64,000 nt of DNA from Candidatus Krumholzibacteriota bacterium (GCA_039714075.1 JBDLKA010000001.1:1-64000), one strand, 5' to 3'. Positions 1-9,669 are shown, counted from the stretch's first letter. Notes: generated by a model from the letters alone, not told the origin. A program made the numbers and translations.

Positions 1-57
1 CCCGGCCGCCAGAACCACGATCACCAGCGACATCGCAATGGTCGCTGCAAACTTCAT
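1..57 (-). CDS. N-terminus of a secreted protein (partial, runs off the window)
   Basis: ATG at 57 preceded by an AAGGAG RBS just after the upstream stop. Translates MKFAATIAMSLVIVVLAAG, signal-peptide-like. Not in the ORF track. Confidence 0.6.
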   Translation of the reverse strand, partial: MKFAATIAMSLVIVVLAAG

Positions 58-69
58 GCATAACTCCTT

Positions 70-1725
70 CTAGAACCTGGCGCTGAAGCCAAGGGAGACT
101 TTTCCAACCTTGGAATAGGTCGGGAAACCCTGGATCGCGGGCATGGTGCTGCTCAGTTCGGCGGGTGCGCCCACATGCCAGCCTGATCCCGTGTAATCGT
201 AGTTGTAGTTGATGTAGGCCAGCTTCATGACGAAGCGACGGCTCACGCGGTGGGTGACATAACCTTCCCACACGGTACCACGTGTGCTGGTTTTCGGGGC
301 GATAATGTCATCCTGGCTGGGAGCGAAGTTGAACCAGTACTTGGAACCCTTGTTCCACTCCAGGCCCACCTTGGTCTTTTCTTCGTTGAAGTAATAGCGG
401 GCGCCAAGGTAATACATGTCGCCGGTCTGGCTTTCGGGATTTTCATAGGGGCTGCTCATGAGGCCACCGAAAGGTCCGGTAACGCCCTCTTCGGGACGGC
501 TCTTGCTCCAGCTGCCGGTCACGAACCAATCCAGCGGGCCGTCGCGACGGGCCAGCATCAGGCTGGCGATGTCGAAGTCGCCCAGGTTGGTCGAAGGACT
601 GAACCTGGTCACGATGGGACCCGGCATGGGCTGGCCGCTCACCGGATCGTTGGGCATGATGATATTGCCGGCGAAACCGTCGGTGATGTCGAAGGCCCGG
701 GCGATGGTCGTCTGGATCTGCATCTCTTTGGTGTTCCAGGCGTCGATGTTGAAACCGAAGAAGTGGGCGTCCTTCAAGGCGGCATCCTTGTCCAGGGAAC
801 CGTTGCCGTACTGGGATTCGTAGCCCAGTCCGTAGCAGGCCCTGACCGTGGTCTTGTCGCTGAAGTTGTAACCCAGGGTGGCGCCGTCGAACTGCATGTC
901 GATGATGGTGCCCATGGGCGTGCCCGCGCGCATTTCATCGTTGCGGTAGTGCAGGGGAGGACCATCCGTGCTCGGACGGCGGCCCAGGCTCAGGTAGACC
1001 GGAGCGCCGCCAATCTTTTTCCAGGTGAAGTAGGCGCGGTCGACCTTCAGGGTGGCGTCACCGGCTGTACCGGGCCAGTTGGCGTCGGTGTTCAGGGTGT
1101 TGGCCTGACCATTGAAGACGCCGGTCTGGGTGGAGGCGCCCCAAGGTTTGTACATGCTCATGCGGCCGCTGAAGTCGATGTTCTTGGCAACTTTGGCGGC
1201 CATGTTCAAACGCAGCCGGGTGGTGTAGAGGATGCTGTTGTCGGTCTTGAAGCCTTCACGATAGGCGTCCATCGCGAAAGCATTCATCATGGCACCCATG
1301 TTGGGGTTGGTGGCCATCATCTGCTGGACCCAATCCTTGACCTCCGGGAAGCCGTTCATCCCGCGGAATACCTGGAAATTGGCGTAATTCTGGCCGATGA
1401 ACATGTCGATATCGTTAGGGCCGAACGGGTCGCCAGGAATATATCCCGGGTTGAAATTTGAATCCGTGTAGAACATGGCACCATAGGTCAGGGCCTGCAT
1501 GCGCATGCCGTCGATGTAGGCATCAACTTCGCCGGTGGTGCTGTGGGCCTCGACCCGCAGGTCGCCCGTCCACTGGATACGGTCCTTGTTGGATTTTAGC
1601 TCCAACTTCTGCAGACGCTTCTCCAGAGCCTTGATCTTCGCATCCGTGTCCTTCTCGGCAATGGCGCCCGTCGCGATGGCCAGCAGCGCGATCAGGGTCA
1701 GCAGTGAGAGCATCGTCTTTTTCAT
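70..1725 (-). CDS. DUF3373-like outer-membrane beta-barrel (porin-like) protein
   Basis: Start MKKTML at 1725 with GGAGG RBS. Signal peptide, N-terminal coiled coil (KIKALEKRLQKLE), RLRLNM, VDRAYF and GRRPSTDGPP motifs, C-terminal Phe. Confidence 0.7.
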   Translation of the reverse strand: MKKTMLSLLTLIALLAIATGAIAEKDTDAKIKALEKRLQKLELKSNKDRIQWTGDLRVEAHSTTGEVDAYIDGMRMQALTYGAMFYTDSNFNPGYIPGDPFGPNDIDMFIGQNYANFQVFRGMNGFPEVKDWVQQMMATNPNMGAMMNAFAMDAYREGFKTDNSILYTTRLRLNMAAKVAKNIDFSGRMSMYKPWGASTQTGVFNGQANTLNTDANWPGTAGDATLKVDRAYFTWKKIGGAPVYLSLGRRPSTDGPPLHYRNDEMRAGTPMGTIIDMQFDGATLGYNFSDKTTVRACYGLGYESQYGNGSLDKDAALKDAHFFGFNIDAWNTKEMQIQTTIARAFDITDGFAGNIIMPNDPVSGQPMPGPIVTRFSPSTNLGDFDIASLMLARRDGPLDWFVTGSWSKSRPEEGVTGPFGGLMSSPYENPESQTGDMYYLGARYYFNEEKTKVGLEWNKGSKYWFNFAPSQDDIIAPKTSTRGTVWEGYVTHRVSRRFVMKLAYINYNYDYTGSGWHVGAPAELSSTMPAIQGFPTYSKVGKVSLGFSARF

Positions 1726-1823
1726 TTCCGCCCCTCCGGGGATGAAATCGGCTTTCGCCATGGGTGGGCCGGGCGGGAGTCATTTCCACGCCCGGGTGGG
1801 TGCCGCCGCAGCGGCTCTTGAAT

Positions 1824-2216
1824 CTAGCCGCAGGTCATGGGCTGCTCGCTGTCGGCAGCATGATCCACGCAGAATTTGCGGATCTTCTTGATCATGTCCT
1901 TGTCGATCATGTCGGTGATCTTTTGGTCCTTGTCCTTGGGGCAGGCGACTTCCTTGTGGGTTTCCACGAAAGTCTCGTCGAAGAACTCGTCCCACTGGTC
2001 CATGATCAGGGACATGGGGGTGTACTCGCCCGCATCGGAATCTTCCGTGTGGCAGACCTTGCAGTAGGCAATGAAGAGTTCCTTGCCGTCCATATCCTTG
2101 GTCTCTTTGGTCTTCTCGACCTCTTTGACGGGCTCGTCCCCGGCCAGGGCCGTGGCGGCCAGACCCGTCAGGATCATCAGGGCCAGCAGCACCTTGATCG
2201 TCGTGTTGAATTTCAT
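1824..2216 (-). CDS. Periplasmic monoheme c-type cytochrome
   Basis: Start MKFNTT at 2216 with GGAGG RBS. Signal peptide, single CKVCH heme motif, C-terminal HAADSEQPMTCG. Confidence 0.8.
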   Translation of the reverse strand: MKFNTTIKVLLALMILTGLAATALAGDEPVKEVEKTKETKDMDGKELFIAYCKVCHTEDSDAGEYTPMSLIMDQWDEFFDETFVETHKEVACPKDKDQKITDMIDKDMIKKIRKFCVDHAADSEQPMTCG

Positions 2217-2439
2217 TTCGAACCTCCGGCCGTTTTCCCGGCTGTTTTGGAGCCGCTGAACCGGCACCGTTTTAGTGAACACCTATGACTTAACTGTAAA
2301 TTTAAATCGAAACTTTGAGGATCCTGGGCCCAGGGGCAAGGAATGAAAATACCGGATAAAATTTATCATTTAATTTATCTCCTTTCATTAGTGAAAATGA
2401 GAAAATTTTCATTTCAATTTAGCGGTAACAGTTTGATAA

Positions 2440-2457
2440 ATAACAGGTAACTGTTAT
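2440..2457. promoter_or_regulatory. Perfect inverted repeat, candidate transcription-factor site in an AT-rich divergent intergenic region
   Basis: ATAACAG-GTAA-CTGTTAT. A second palindrome GATAAA-A-TTTATC lies near 2355-2367. Confidence 0.4.
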
Positions 2458-2733
2458 GAGTTCCCAGATATTGAATGGGATTAAGAATTCTTGAAACCAC
2501 GGATCAATATTAATGAAGAAGCCATAGCCCCGCCATTTTTGGAGAATCCCCTCCGCGGGAAAGGGAAAATAGTTATTAAGGGGCAAACCCATTGCAAAGA
2601 AAGCAATTAAGCAGCCAGTGTTTTTCGATAAACAAACCTTGAGTCCGAGAGTCAATTGGTCCAAGGTGTCGAAATATTCTCACATCCCTGCTGCAACCCC
2701 GGCCATTCGGCCCGCAGTTCCTCGGAGGCTGTC

Positions 2734-4470
2734 ATGAGAGTCTTTTGGATTTCCCTCGTTGCCGCTGTTGTGGGCCTGATTCTCGTAATGGGAATGGCCG
2801 TCGGTCTGATCGCCTGGAAGATGGACGAGAAAACAAAGATCCAGGATCAAAGCTGGCTCCACATCGATCTCTACGGATCGCTTCCCGAGTATGATCCGCC
2901 CTCGGGCATCGCGGGAGCCCTGACCGGAGGAGGCGGGCAGACCCTGCAATCGGTCCTGACCAATCTGGAGATGGCCGCCCACGACAAGCGGATTGACGGT
3001 GTTGTTCTTCAACTTTCCGCGGCCCACGACGCCGGCCAGGGAAAACTGGAGGAGATTCGCCGGGGAGTCGCCAGGGTGCAGGCGGCCGGGAAACCCGTCC
3101 TGGCTTTCGCCGACTACATCGATCTGGACGTACTGTACACCGCCGCTGCCTGTGACTCGCTTTTCTGCCCGCCGTCGGCCTATATCACAATCGTCGGGCT
3201 GGACGCCGGCCATCCTCATGTCAAGGAGGGCTTGAAAAAGTTGGGCATCGAGCCCCACCTCAGCGCCATCAAGGATTATAAATCCGCGGCTCAGATCATT
3301 ACCCGCAGCGATCTGACCCCCGAGGCCGTCGCCAACAAGGAATGGATGCTCGACGAATTCATGGATCTCTACCTCGAGGCCTTGTCCGAGGGCCGGGGCA
3401 TTGACGCCGGCGGCCTGGACGCGATCATGACGCGGGCCGAGTTCCTGTCCACCGAAGCCCTGTCCTTCGGCCTTGTCGATGGTGTGATGTACTGGGATGA
3501 ATTGACCGCTCGCTTCCTGCAGGAAGATGAAACGACCCCGCGCATCGTCAGTGGATCCCGTTACGCCCAGGAGGATCCTGAGGACTTCGACCTCGGCGGC
3601 GAGCAAAAGATTGCCGTGATCCATGCCCAAGGCAATATCGGGGGCCGAACGAACGGGGTGAACCCCCTGCTGGGTTTGATGATGGGACACGAGACCATCA
3701 ACGCGGAACTTCAGCGCGCGCTGGATGACGACGATGTGGCGGCCATCGTGCTGCGCATCGACAGCGGCGGGGGCGAGTCGCTGGCCTCGGATCTCATGGG
3801 ACACATGGTCGAAGTTGTCGGCCGCACCAAACCCGTCGTGGTGTCGATGGTGGACGTGGCCGCCTCGGGTGGCTACATGATGGCCTACCGGGCCGACTGG
3901 ATCGTGGCCGACAACATGACCGTCACCGGATCCATCGGTTCGATTTCCGGCAAGTTCGACCTGAGCGGATTGTACGACAAGCTGGGCATCGGGTTCAGTC
4001 ATGTCACGCGCGGGCCCAATGCCCGTCTCATGGGCTCGGACCGGGGCTTCACCGAAGAGGAATTCCATAAATTCGATGAACGCCACAACGCCAGCTTCCA
4101 CACCTGGGTCGAGGGCGTTGCGGAATACAGGAATATGACCGTCGAAAAAGTGGAATCCCTGGGCCAGGGCCGGGTTTGGACAGGGAGGCAGGCGGTGGCC
4201 AACGGCCTGACCGACGAAGTGGGAGGGCTTTGGGAAGCGGTGGCGGCCGCCCGCCGGCTGGCCGAGATTCCCGAAGACACCGCCACGGGATTGTGGCATC
4301 TTCCGGAAAAGCAGGACCTGGTGGCTACCCTGTTGCAGGGTGACTCGGCCGCCCTGACCCAGGCGGGCAGGTGGTTGCTTTACCGTTCCGTCAGGGAGGA
4401 TCTGCACCAGGTGCGGCGCAGCATGGAGTCGGGAGCCTGGCAAGCAAACACCACCGGCTACCTCGAGTAG
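2734..4470 (+). CDS. sppA: Signal peptide peptidase SppA (67K type, S49)
   Basis: N-terminal TM and tandem S49 domains. YKSA, RIDSGGG, SMVDVAASGGY, TGSIG and GRVWTGRQA motifs. Confidence 0.9.
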   Translation: MRVFWISLVAAVVGLILVMGMAVGLIAWKMDEKTKIQDQSWLHIDLYGSLPEYDPPSGIAGALTGGGGQTLQSVLTNLEMAAHDKRIDGVVLQLSAAHDAGQGKLEEIRRGVARVQAAGKPVLAFADYIDLDVLYTAAACDSLFCPPSAYITIVGLDAGHPHVKEGLKKLGIEPHLSAIKDYKSAAQIITRSDLTPEAVANKEWMLDEFMDLYLEALSEGRGIDAGGLDAIMTRAEFLSTEALSFGLVDGVMYWDELTARFLQEDETTPRIVSGSRYAQEDPEDFDLGGEQKIAVIHAQGNIGGRTNGVNPLLGLMMGHETINAELQRALDDDDVAAIVLRIDSGGGESLASDLMGHMVEVVGRTKPVVVSMVDVAASGGYMMAYRADWIVADNMTVTGSIGSISGKFDLSGLYDKLGIGFSHVTRGPNARLMGSDRGFTEEEFHKFDERHNASFHTWVEGVAEYRNMTVEKVESLGQGRVWTGRQAVANGLTDEVGGLWEAVAAARRLAEIPEDTATGLWHLPEKQDLVATLLQGDSAALTQAGRWLLYRSVREDLHQVRRSMESGAWQANTTGYLE

Positions 4471-4485
4471 GCAGGAGCAACAGTC

Positions 4486-5967
4486 GTGAACATCGTACCC
4501 GTCATTTTCGAAGACCACCTTCTGTCGCGTATGCGGCCCGCGGCCTGGAGCGCTCCGGTGTTCGAACTGCGTTGCGGGATGTTCAACACCCGGGAAAGAG
4601 TGGACCTGGGCACGGAACGCCGTGGCGGGATTCTTCTCGGGCGGTCTCTGCTCAAGGGTCTCAATACTTCCGTTGGTTGGGAGTGGGGGGCGGCCGGACT
4701 GGGGGCCAAGAGTGCTCCGGAAACCAGGTTTTTGTTTCTCAACGGACTGCTGGCGCCTTCTTTCCCCCTGATTCAGGGCTTGTTGGATTTGTGTCCCGAC
4801 GCACCCCCTTTCGCCTGGCGAAGCGAAGAGGGGCTGGTGGCCGCCCTGCTCGATCACGAACAGGCGGTTCACCTGGCGATGGACTGGACGGAATGGGAAA
4901 AGGAAAACGACGACCGGGGCGTCTGGGCGGATCCTTCGTCGAGCCCCGCTCCCTGGCTGGCGGGTGTCTCACTGCAGGACGCGGTCACCACGCGACTTGA
5001 AGGCGGCAGCGAAATCATCCACTCCGGTGGTCCCTCCTTGGGAGCGTTCAATCCGGCACGCGTCTTTGCGGGGTTGGAAAAGTTACAGGCCGCGGGACCG
5101 GCGTGGATCTGGAATATCGTCGACGCCACCGGAGCCGCTATTCAGGGAGATCTGGCCTTCGTGGGCGGCGGCCTGGCCTACCGGCGGGTGCCCTTCGGTA
5201 TCTTCCCGGGCGAAGAAGAATCCGGTCCCGACTGGATGCAGGAAACCACCCTGAAGAACCTGGGCTCATGTTTCCCTCCCGAATTTGTTTCCCGTCTGGA
5301 GGTGGACGACTCGAACCGGGTCCATTGCGGGGAAGGGGTCGAGCTGGCCGGCAGCACCGCCATCAACACCCTGTCCGGTCCCGTCATCATCGATCGCGGC
5401 GTCAGGGTCATGCCGCACTGTTATCTGGAAGGTCCCCTGTACATCGGTCCGGGTTCCCTGGTCAAACCGGGGGCGCGCCTGCACGGTGACTCGTCGTTCG
5501 GAATCGTCAACCGCCTGGCGGGCGAAATCGGCGAAAGCACGTTCGGGGACTTTGCCAACAAGCAGCATGCCGGTTTCATCGGCCACGCCGTTCTCGGTTC
5601 CTGGATCAATCTGGGCGCCCTGACCACCTGCAGCGATCTCAAGAACAACTACGGGGAAATCAGGGTGGACCTGGGTTGCGGAGCCGTGGCGACCGGCAGC
5701 CGGTTCGTGGGCTTGATGATGGGTGACCACGCCAAAACCGCCATCGGCACCATGTTCAATACGGGTACCAGCGTCGGCTTCGCCAGCAATATTTTCGGAG
5801 ACGGGATGCCTCCCAAATTCGTGGGTAACTTTCAGTGGGGCGGGCAGGCTGGAGGCGCCAGGTACGCCGTGGACAAGGCGCAGTCCACCTCGGCCGTCGT
5901 CATGTCCCGGCGAGGATGCCGGTTCACGAAGGCCCACACGGAATTATTCAACAAACTCGGATCCTGA
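4486..5967 (+). CDS. Putative sugar nucleotidyltransferase (GlmU-like, hexapeptide repeats)
   Basis: IFED...RP...VFELRCG N-terminus. Left-handed beta-helix with GPVIID, LEGPLYIG, NKQHAGFIGHA and SDLKNNYG. Confidence 0.75.
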   Translation: MNIVPVIFEDHLLSRMRPAAWSAPVFELRCGMFNTRERVDLGTERRGGILLGRSLLKGLNTSVGWEWGAAGLGAKSAPETRFLFLNGLLAPSFPLIQGLLDLCPDAPPFAWRSEEGLVAALLDHEQAVHLAMDWTEWEKENDDRGVWADPSSSPAPWLAGVSLQDAVTTRLEGGSEIIHSGGPSLGAFNPARVFAGLEKLQAAGPAWIWNIVDATGAAIQGDLAFVGGGLAYRRVPFGIFPGEEESGPDWMQETTLKNLGSCFPPEFVSRLEVDDSNRVHCGEGVELAGSTAINTLSGPVIIDRGVRVMPHCYLEGPLYIGPGSLVKPGARLHGDSSFGIVNRLAGEIGESTFGDFANKQHAGFIGHAVLGSWINLGALTTCSDLKNNYGEIRVDLGCGAVATGSRFVGLMMGDHAKTAIGTMFNTGTSVGFASNIFGDGMPPKFVGNFQWGGQAGGARYAVDKAQSTSAVVMSRRGCRFTKAHTELFNKLGS

Positions 5968-6181
5968 TCCCGGCCGGCGCAGCCCGGCGGGGGTGCATTT
6001 TGCCCTTCTTGTGGGGTGTCGTTGTTTCCGATTGCATCCTTCCGGGCAGCCATGCGCCTCGACCGTGCCTTCTCTCACACTCTCGAAACGACATTGCCCT
6101 CCTGTGCTAACTGACATGTTTGCAGACAGTTAAAAACCCCTTCTTTGAAACAGTCTTATGATTGGCCGCCAAGGTAAGACA

Positions 6182-6197
6182 TGGCACAGGGGTTGCG
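6182..6197 (+). promoter_or_regulatory. sigma54 (-24/-12) promoter candidate
   Basis: TGGCACAGGGGTTGCG, GG-N10-GC, near-perfect consensus, upstream of the HU/IHF gene. Confidence 0.6.
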
Positions 6198-6452
6198 ATA
6201 CCCGGGTAAATGTTCTCTGTGCTGTCCGGGATTGATTGCCCCATGACCTACGCTCTCCGTGTTGTAGTGTCGTGGCGGTTCTCACGCGGCAGACTACGGG
6301 GAACATTTTTTTCTTGGAAAGACCTGCCAAATATGGTATTTATTCCATTCTTAACCCGCGAGAAACAAACAAGGTAGCGGGGCGGCCCCATGGGGGTGCA
6401 GAGCGGACTTCAAGTTCGCGCACATCAGGTGGAAAGAATCAGGGAGTAAGGA

Positions 6453-6734
6453 ATGACCAAAGCGGAACTCGTCGAGATCATCTCCCAGCAAACAGGTGTC
6501 AGCAAGAAGGACACCGGCGTCATCGTGAACTTGATCATGGAGAACATCGGTCAGGCCCTGGTCAGCGGCGACAAGGTAGAGCTTCGCGGTTTCGGCAGCT
6601 TCAAGGTCAAGACCCGCCGGGCCCGCCTGGCGCGCAATCCTCGGACCGGAGCCTCGGTGGACGTGCCCGCCAAAAGAGTTCCCTTTTTCAAGTCGTCCAA
6701 CGAACTCAAGGGCCGGTTAAACAACAAAGATTGA
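6453..6734 (+). CDS. HU/IHF family DNA-binding protein
   Basis: MTKAELV...KVELRGFGSF...ARNPRTG...VPFFK. GGGAG RBS. Confidence 0.95.
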   Translation: MTKAELVEIISQQTGVSKKDTGVIVNLIMENIGQALVSGDKVELRGFGSFKVKTRRARLARNPRTGASVDVPAKRVPFFKSSNELKGRLNNKD

Positions 6735-6752
6735 CCAGGTTGCAGTTCCAGG

Positions 6753-6781
6753 TTGTCTAAATTCCCCGGATTACCTATCTT
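6753..6781 (+). promoter_or_regulatory. sigma70-like promoter candidate for the small ribosomal protein gene
   Basis: TTGTCT-N17-TATCTT. Confidence 0.4.
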
Positions 6782-6920
6782 GGGCAGTCCATTGAGCGGC
6801 ACGGGGATCTCTGACTCCTCCGTGTGTATTTTTGTGGCGGTCGATCTTCGCCTGGCGGGATGCTTGCCGGGTCCGATTGAACGACAGTCTTGAATTTTTT
6901 AGATGGAAAGGTGGGAAGAA

Positions 6921-7010
6921 ATGCCTAACGGGCGAAAGCGCAAACGCAAAAAGATTGCGACTCACAAGCGCAAAAAGCGGTTGCGCAAGAACCGTCACAA
7001 GAAGAAGTAA
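6921..7010 (+). CDS. Small basic protein, 30S ribosomal protein bS22 (mS38/AURKAIP1/COX24-like)
   Basis: MPNGRKRKRKKIATHKRKKRLRKNRHKKK (29 aa) with purine-rich RBS. Matches the HKRKKR..R.NRHKK pattern. Below the ORF-track cutoff. Confidence 0.85.
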   Translation: MPNGRKRKRKKIATHKRKKRLRKNRHKKK

Positions 7011-7021
7011 CGAGCCAGAGC

Positions 7022-7057
7022 GGCCGGCATTGTTTCTTGTAAGAATCAATGCCGGCT
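7022..7057 (+). terminator. Stem-loop after bS22 (possible terminator)
   Basis: GCCGGCATTG-TTTCTT-GT-AAGAAT-CAATGCCGGC inverted repeat. No strong U tract. Confidence 0.45.
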
Positions 7058-7167
7058 GGTAGGCTCCCTGCCAGGGTTGTATTTTCACTGCTCTTGTTTT
7101 CTGATGTTATTGGGGGAGTAGGTTTTCCCGCCGGTCGGCGTGGAGCCTTGTCGGAAGGGACATCCGG

Positions 7168-7566
7168 ATGATCGATAAGAACATGGAACGGCGCAAATCC
7201 GACCGGGTCAATGCCCGCCTCAAGTTGGAAGTCAAAGTTCCCCGGGTCGATGGTTCGGAGGAAACCGCCACCCTGGAAACCATCAACATCAGTTCTTCGG
7301 GGATCTATTTCAAAGCCGACCATTTCATCGAACCGATGACCAAACTTGCCATGGTCCTGGAAGTCTCCGTGCCTTCCGGAAGCGGAGCCGATGGCTTTGA
7401 TCTGGCGCCCGTGCCCTGCGAGGGCCTCGTGGTGCGAATCAGGCCGGAAGCCGCTGCGGACGACTGCTCGGAATACGAAGTCGCGGTCTTTTTCACCAAC
7501 ATCGACGCCGCGGGCGCCGCCAATCTTGAAAAACATATTTCCCTGTTGATCGAAGGCCCTGCCTGA
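7168..7566 (+). CDS. PilZ-domain protein (c-di-GMP receptor)
   Basis: RRKSDR (RxxxR) and NISSSG (D/NxSxxG) motifs. Confidence 0.85.
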   Translation: MIDKNMERRKSDRVNARLKLEVKVPRVDGSEETATLETINISSSGIYFKADHFIEPMTKLAMVLEVSVPSGSGADGFDLAPVPCEGLVVRIRPEAAADDCSEYEVAVFFTNIDAAGAANLEKHISLLIEGPA

Positions 7567-7720
7567 CGGGCTTTTAGGTCCGAAACGCCTCAATTTTCCG
7601 TTCAGGAATATTCCCTGCGACCGATATACAAAGGAGAGCCGGGCAGTTATCTGTCCTGTTTCGCACGGTATCGCATCATGTTTTGTCTACCTTGATGTTT
7701 CGAGGAAGTAGGGTTACGGA

Positions 7721-9226
7721 ATGACCGACCCCAAGGACCGCACGATCCTGGTTGTGGATGATTCCCCGCCGACGTGCCTGTATCTCAAAAGGATATTGGA
7801 AAAGAAGGGCTATGGCGTGGTGACCGCCGCCGACGGTGCCATCGGGGCCCGCCTGGCCATGGAGCTTTTGCCGGACCTGATCCTGCTGGACAAGGAAATG
7901 CCCGGAATGCACGGCTTCGATGTCAGCCGCATCCTGCGTAAGCACGAAGACACCCGTGGCATCCCCATCCTGATGATCAGTTCGGAAAGCAAGACCTCGG
8001 AGAAGATCCGCGGTCTGGAAATGGGTGCGGACGACTTCATCACCAAGGGTATCGGCGCCGAGGAACTCCATTCCAAGATCGCCGCCTTTTTGCGCATCAA
8101 GGACCTGCAGGACAAGCTGCGCCTGGAAAGCAACAAGCTCAACCAGATCTTTCGTTTCCTTCACGAACCGGTGGCCATCTGCAGCACCGCGGACGAGATG
8201 CTCCTGGCCAGCCAGGTGTTCCTGAATCTGTTGCGCATGCCCCGCGAGGTGGCCCGCTTCAAGACCATGACCGAAATCCTGCGCACCCTGGAAGTGCCGG
8301 ACGAGACGATCGCCCTGCTCCGCGAAGGCACCCAGGAGGACGTGCGTCTGACCATCAACGTGGACGAAGAGGAAGTTTTTCTCACGGCGCGGACGGCTCC
8401 CATCCAGTTGGAGGAAGGGGAAAGCGCGACGGCCTACACGTTCCGCGACATCACCCGGGAAGTGGCCGCCGAAAGAATCAAGGCCGACTTCCACTCGATG
8501 ATCGCCCACGATCTCCGCTCGCCCATGTCCGTCATCCAGGGCTACGTGTCCCTGATGGCCACGGGGAAGACCGGTGACATCAACGATACGCAGAAGGAAT
8601 TCCTGGGCAGCGTGAACCGTAAGATCACCGAAATGACAGCCCTGCTGAACGATTTCCTGGACATCAGCAAGATCGACGCGGGGTTCGTCAATCTCAAATG
8701 CCGGGACATGGATCTGGGCGAACTGGTGACCGACGTGGTGGCCGATCTCGAACCCATGGCCGCCAGTTCGGACGTGAGCCTGGATGTGGCCATGCCCGCG
8801 GAAAACGTCACGGTATTTGCCGACCCGCTGAGGTTGACCCAGATATTCCGGAACCTGGTGTCCAACGCCATCAAGTACAACGTGGAATCCGGGTGGATCC
8901 GCCTGACGGTTGTGCCACGTGACGGCTGGGCCCAGGTATCCATATCGGACGGCGGCATCGGCATGGCACCCGAGGAACTGGCGGTTCTTTTCGAACCCTA
9001 CACCCGCGGTTCCACCCAGCGGAAAATCAGGGGCGTCGGGCTGGGCGTGGTCATCGTCAAGAAACTGGTGGAATCCCACGGCGGGGAAGTCACCGTGACC
9101 AGCGTTCCGGGCAAGGGATCCACCTTCACCTTCACGATTCCCATGACCACCGCGGCGCTGGACGCGGCCGACGATGCCGCCTCCGGACCCGAAATCGCGC
9201 CGGATCTTCAGGATTCCTTGAATTGA
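7721..9226 (+). CDS. Hybrid receiver-PAS-histidine kinase
   Basis: Receiver (VVDD, LILLD, GADDF), H-box AHDLRSPM, N-box NLVSNAIKY, G-boxes DGGIG and GVGLG. Confidence 0.9.
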   Translation: MTDPKDRTILVVDDSPPTCLYLKRILEKKGYGVVTAADGAIGARLAMELLPDLILLDKEMPGMHGFDVSRILRKHEDTRGIPILMISSESKTSEKIRGLEMGADDFITKGIGAEELHSKIAAFLRIKDLQDKLRLESNKLNQIFRFLHEPVAICSTADEMLLASQVFLNLLRMPREVARFKTMTEILRTLEVPDETIALLREGTQEDVRLTINVDEEEVFLTARTAPIQLEEGESATAYTFRDITREVAAERIKADFHSMIAHDLRSPMSVIQGYVSLMATGKTGDINDTQKEFLGSVNRKITEMTALLNDFLDISKIDAGFVNLKCRDMDLGELVTDVVADLEPMAASSDVSLDVAMPAENVTVFADPLRLTQIFRNLVSNAIKYNVESGWIRLTVVPRDGWAQVSISDGGIGMAPEELAVLFEPYTRGSTQRKIRGVGLGVVIVKKLVESHGGEVTVTSVPGKGSTFTFTIPMTTAALDAADDAASGPEIAPDLQDSLN

Positions 9227-9484
9227 GGGCACTCGGCAACTAATCACCCACAAGGTGCCTTGGTTCCTGTCAGGCCCGGCATTCCGTACTGGAAGCCGGG
9301 GGTTTTCCTTTACCGGGAAAATTTTTCCCCTTGGCCCGGATTCATCTTGTCGACTTCGTGCAAACGGCCCGCAAAGGCCCTGAATCGGCTCTGAACGGAT
9401 CGTGACCCTATTTCCTGTTTGTCGCTCCCAGGAAATTTTTTCCCGCTTTCCCGTTCAATCGATCCCGAAGCGGCCAATGGTGCA

Positions 9485-9500
9485 CGGCATGGGGCTTGCC
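9485..9500 (+). promoter_or_regulatory. sigma54 promoter candidate upstream of the flgL stub and fliW-csrA
   Basis: CGGCATGGGGCTTGCC (GG-N10-GC). Confidence 0.6.
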
Positions 9501-9527
9501 CAGCCGTGTTCAGGAAGTGGGACAGGT

Positions 9528-9620
9528 GTGCCTGCCGAAAGGGCTGAAGCCAGTAACCAGACCAGCTTGCTTGTGACAAGGAAGTTATTGGCCAACAACC
9601 TGATGCAGCGCCTACGTTAA
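9528..9620 (+). pseudogene. flgL: Remnant resembling the C-terminus of hook-filament junction protein FlgL
   Basis: AEASNQTSLLVTRKLLANNLMQRLR* resembles the FlgL end (E..YQASL.VT.KL...SLMD.LR*) and lies immediately before fliW, the usual flgL position. Confidence 0.5.
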
Positions 9621-9669
9621 CATGTCGGATGACCCTGGTTTGCCGGGGCCGGCCAGCAAGGAGCCAGAA

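Noticed and set aside
2575..2625. GGGCAAACCC resembling the start of a c-di-GMP-I riboswitch
   Set aside because: The GNRA-capped P2 stem and downstream GACGCAAAG element are missing.
5968..6452. Long intergenic region as an ncRNA or tRNA
   Set aside because: No recognisable tRNA, 6S or riboswitch motif. Better explained as the promoter and leader of the HU/IHF gene.
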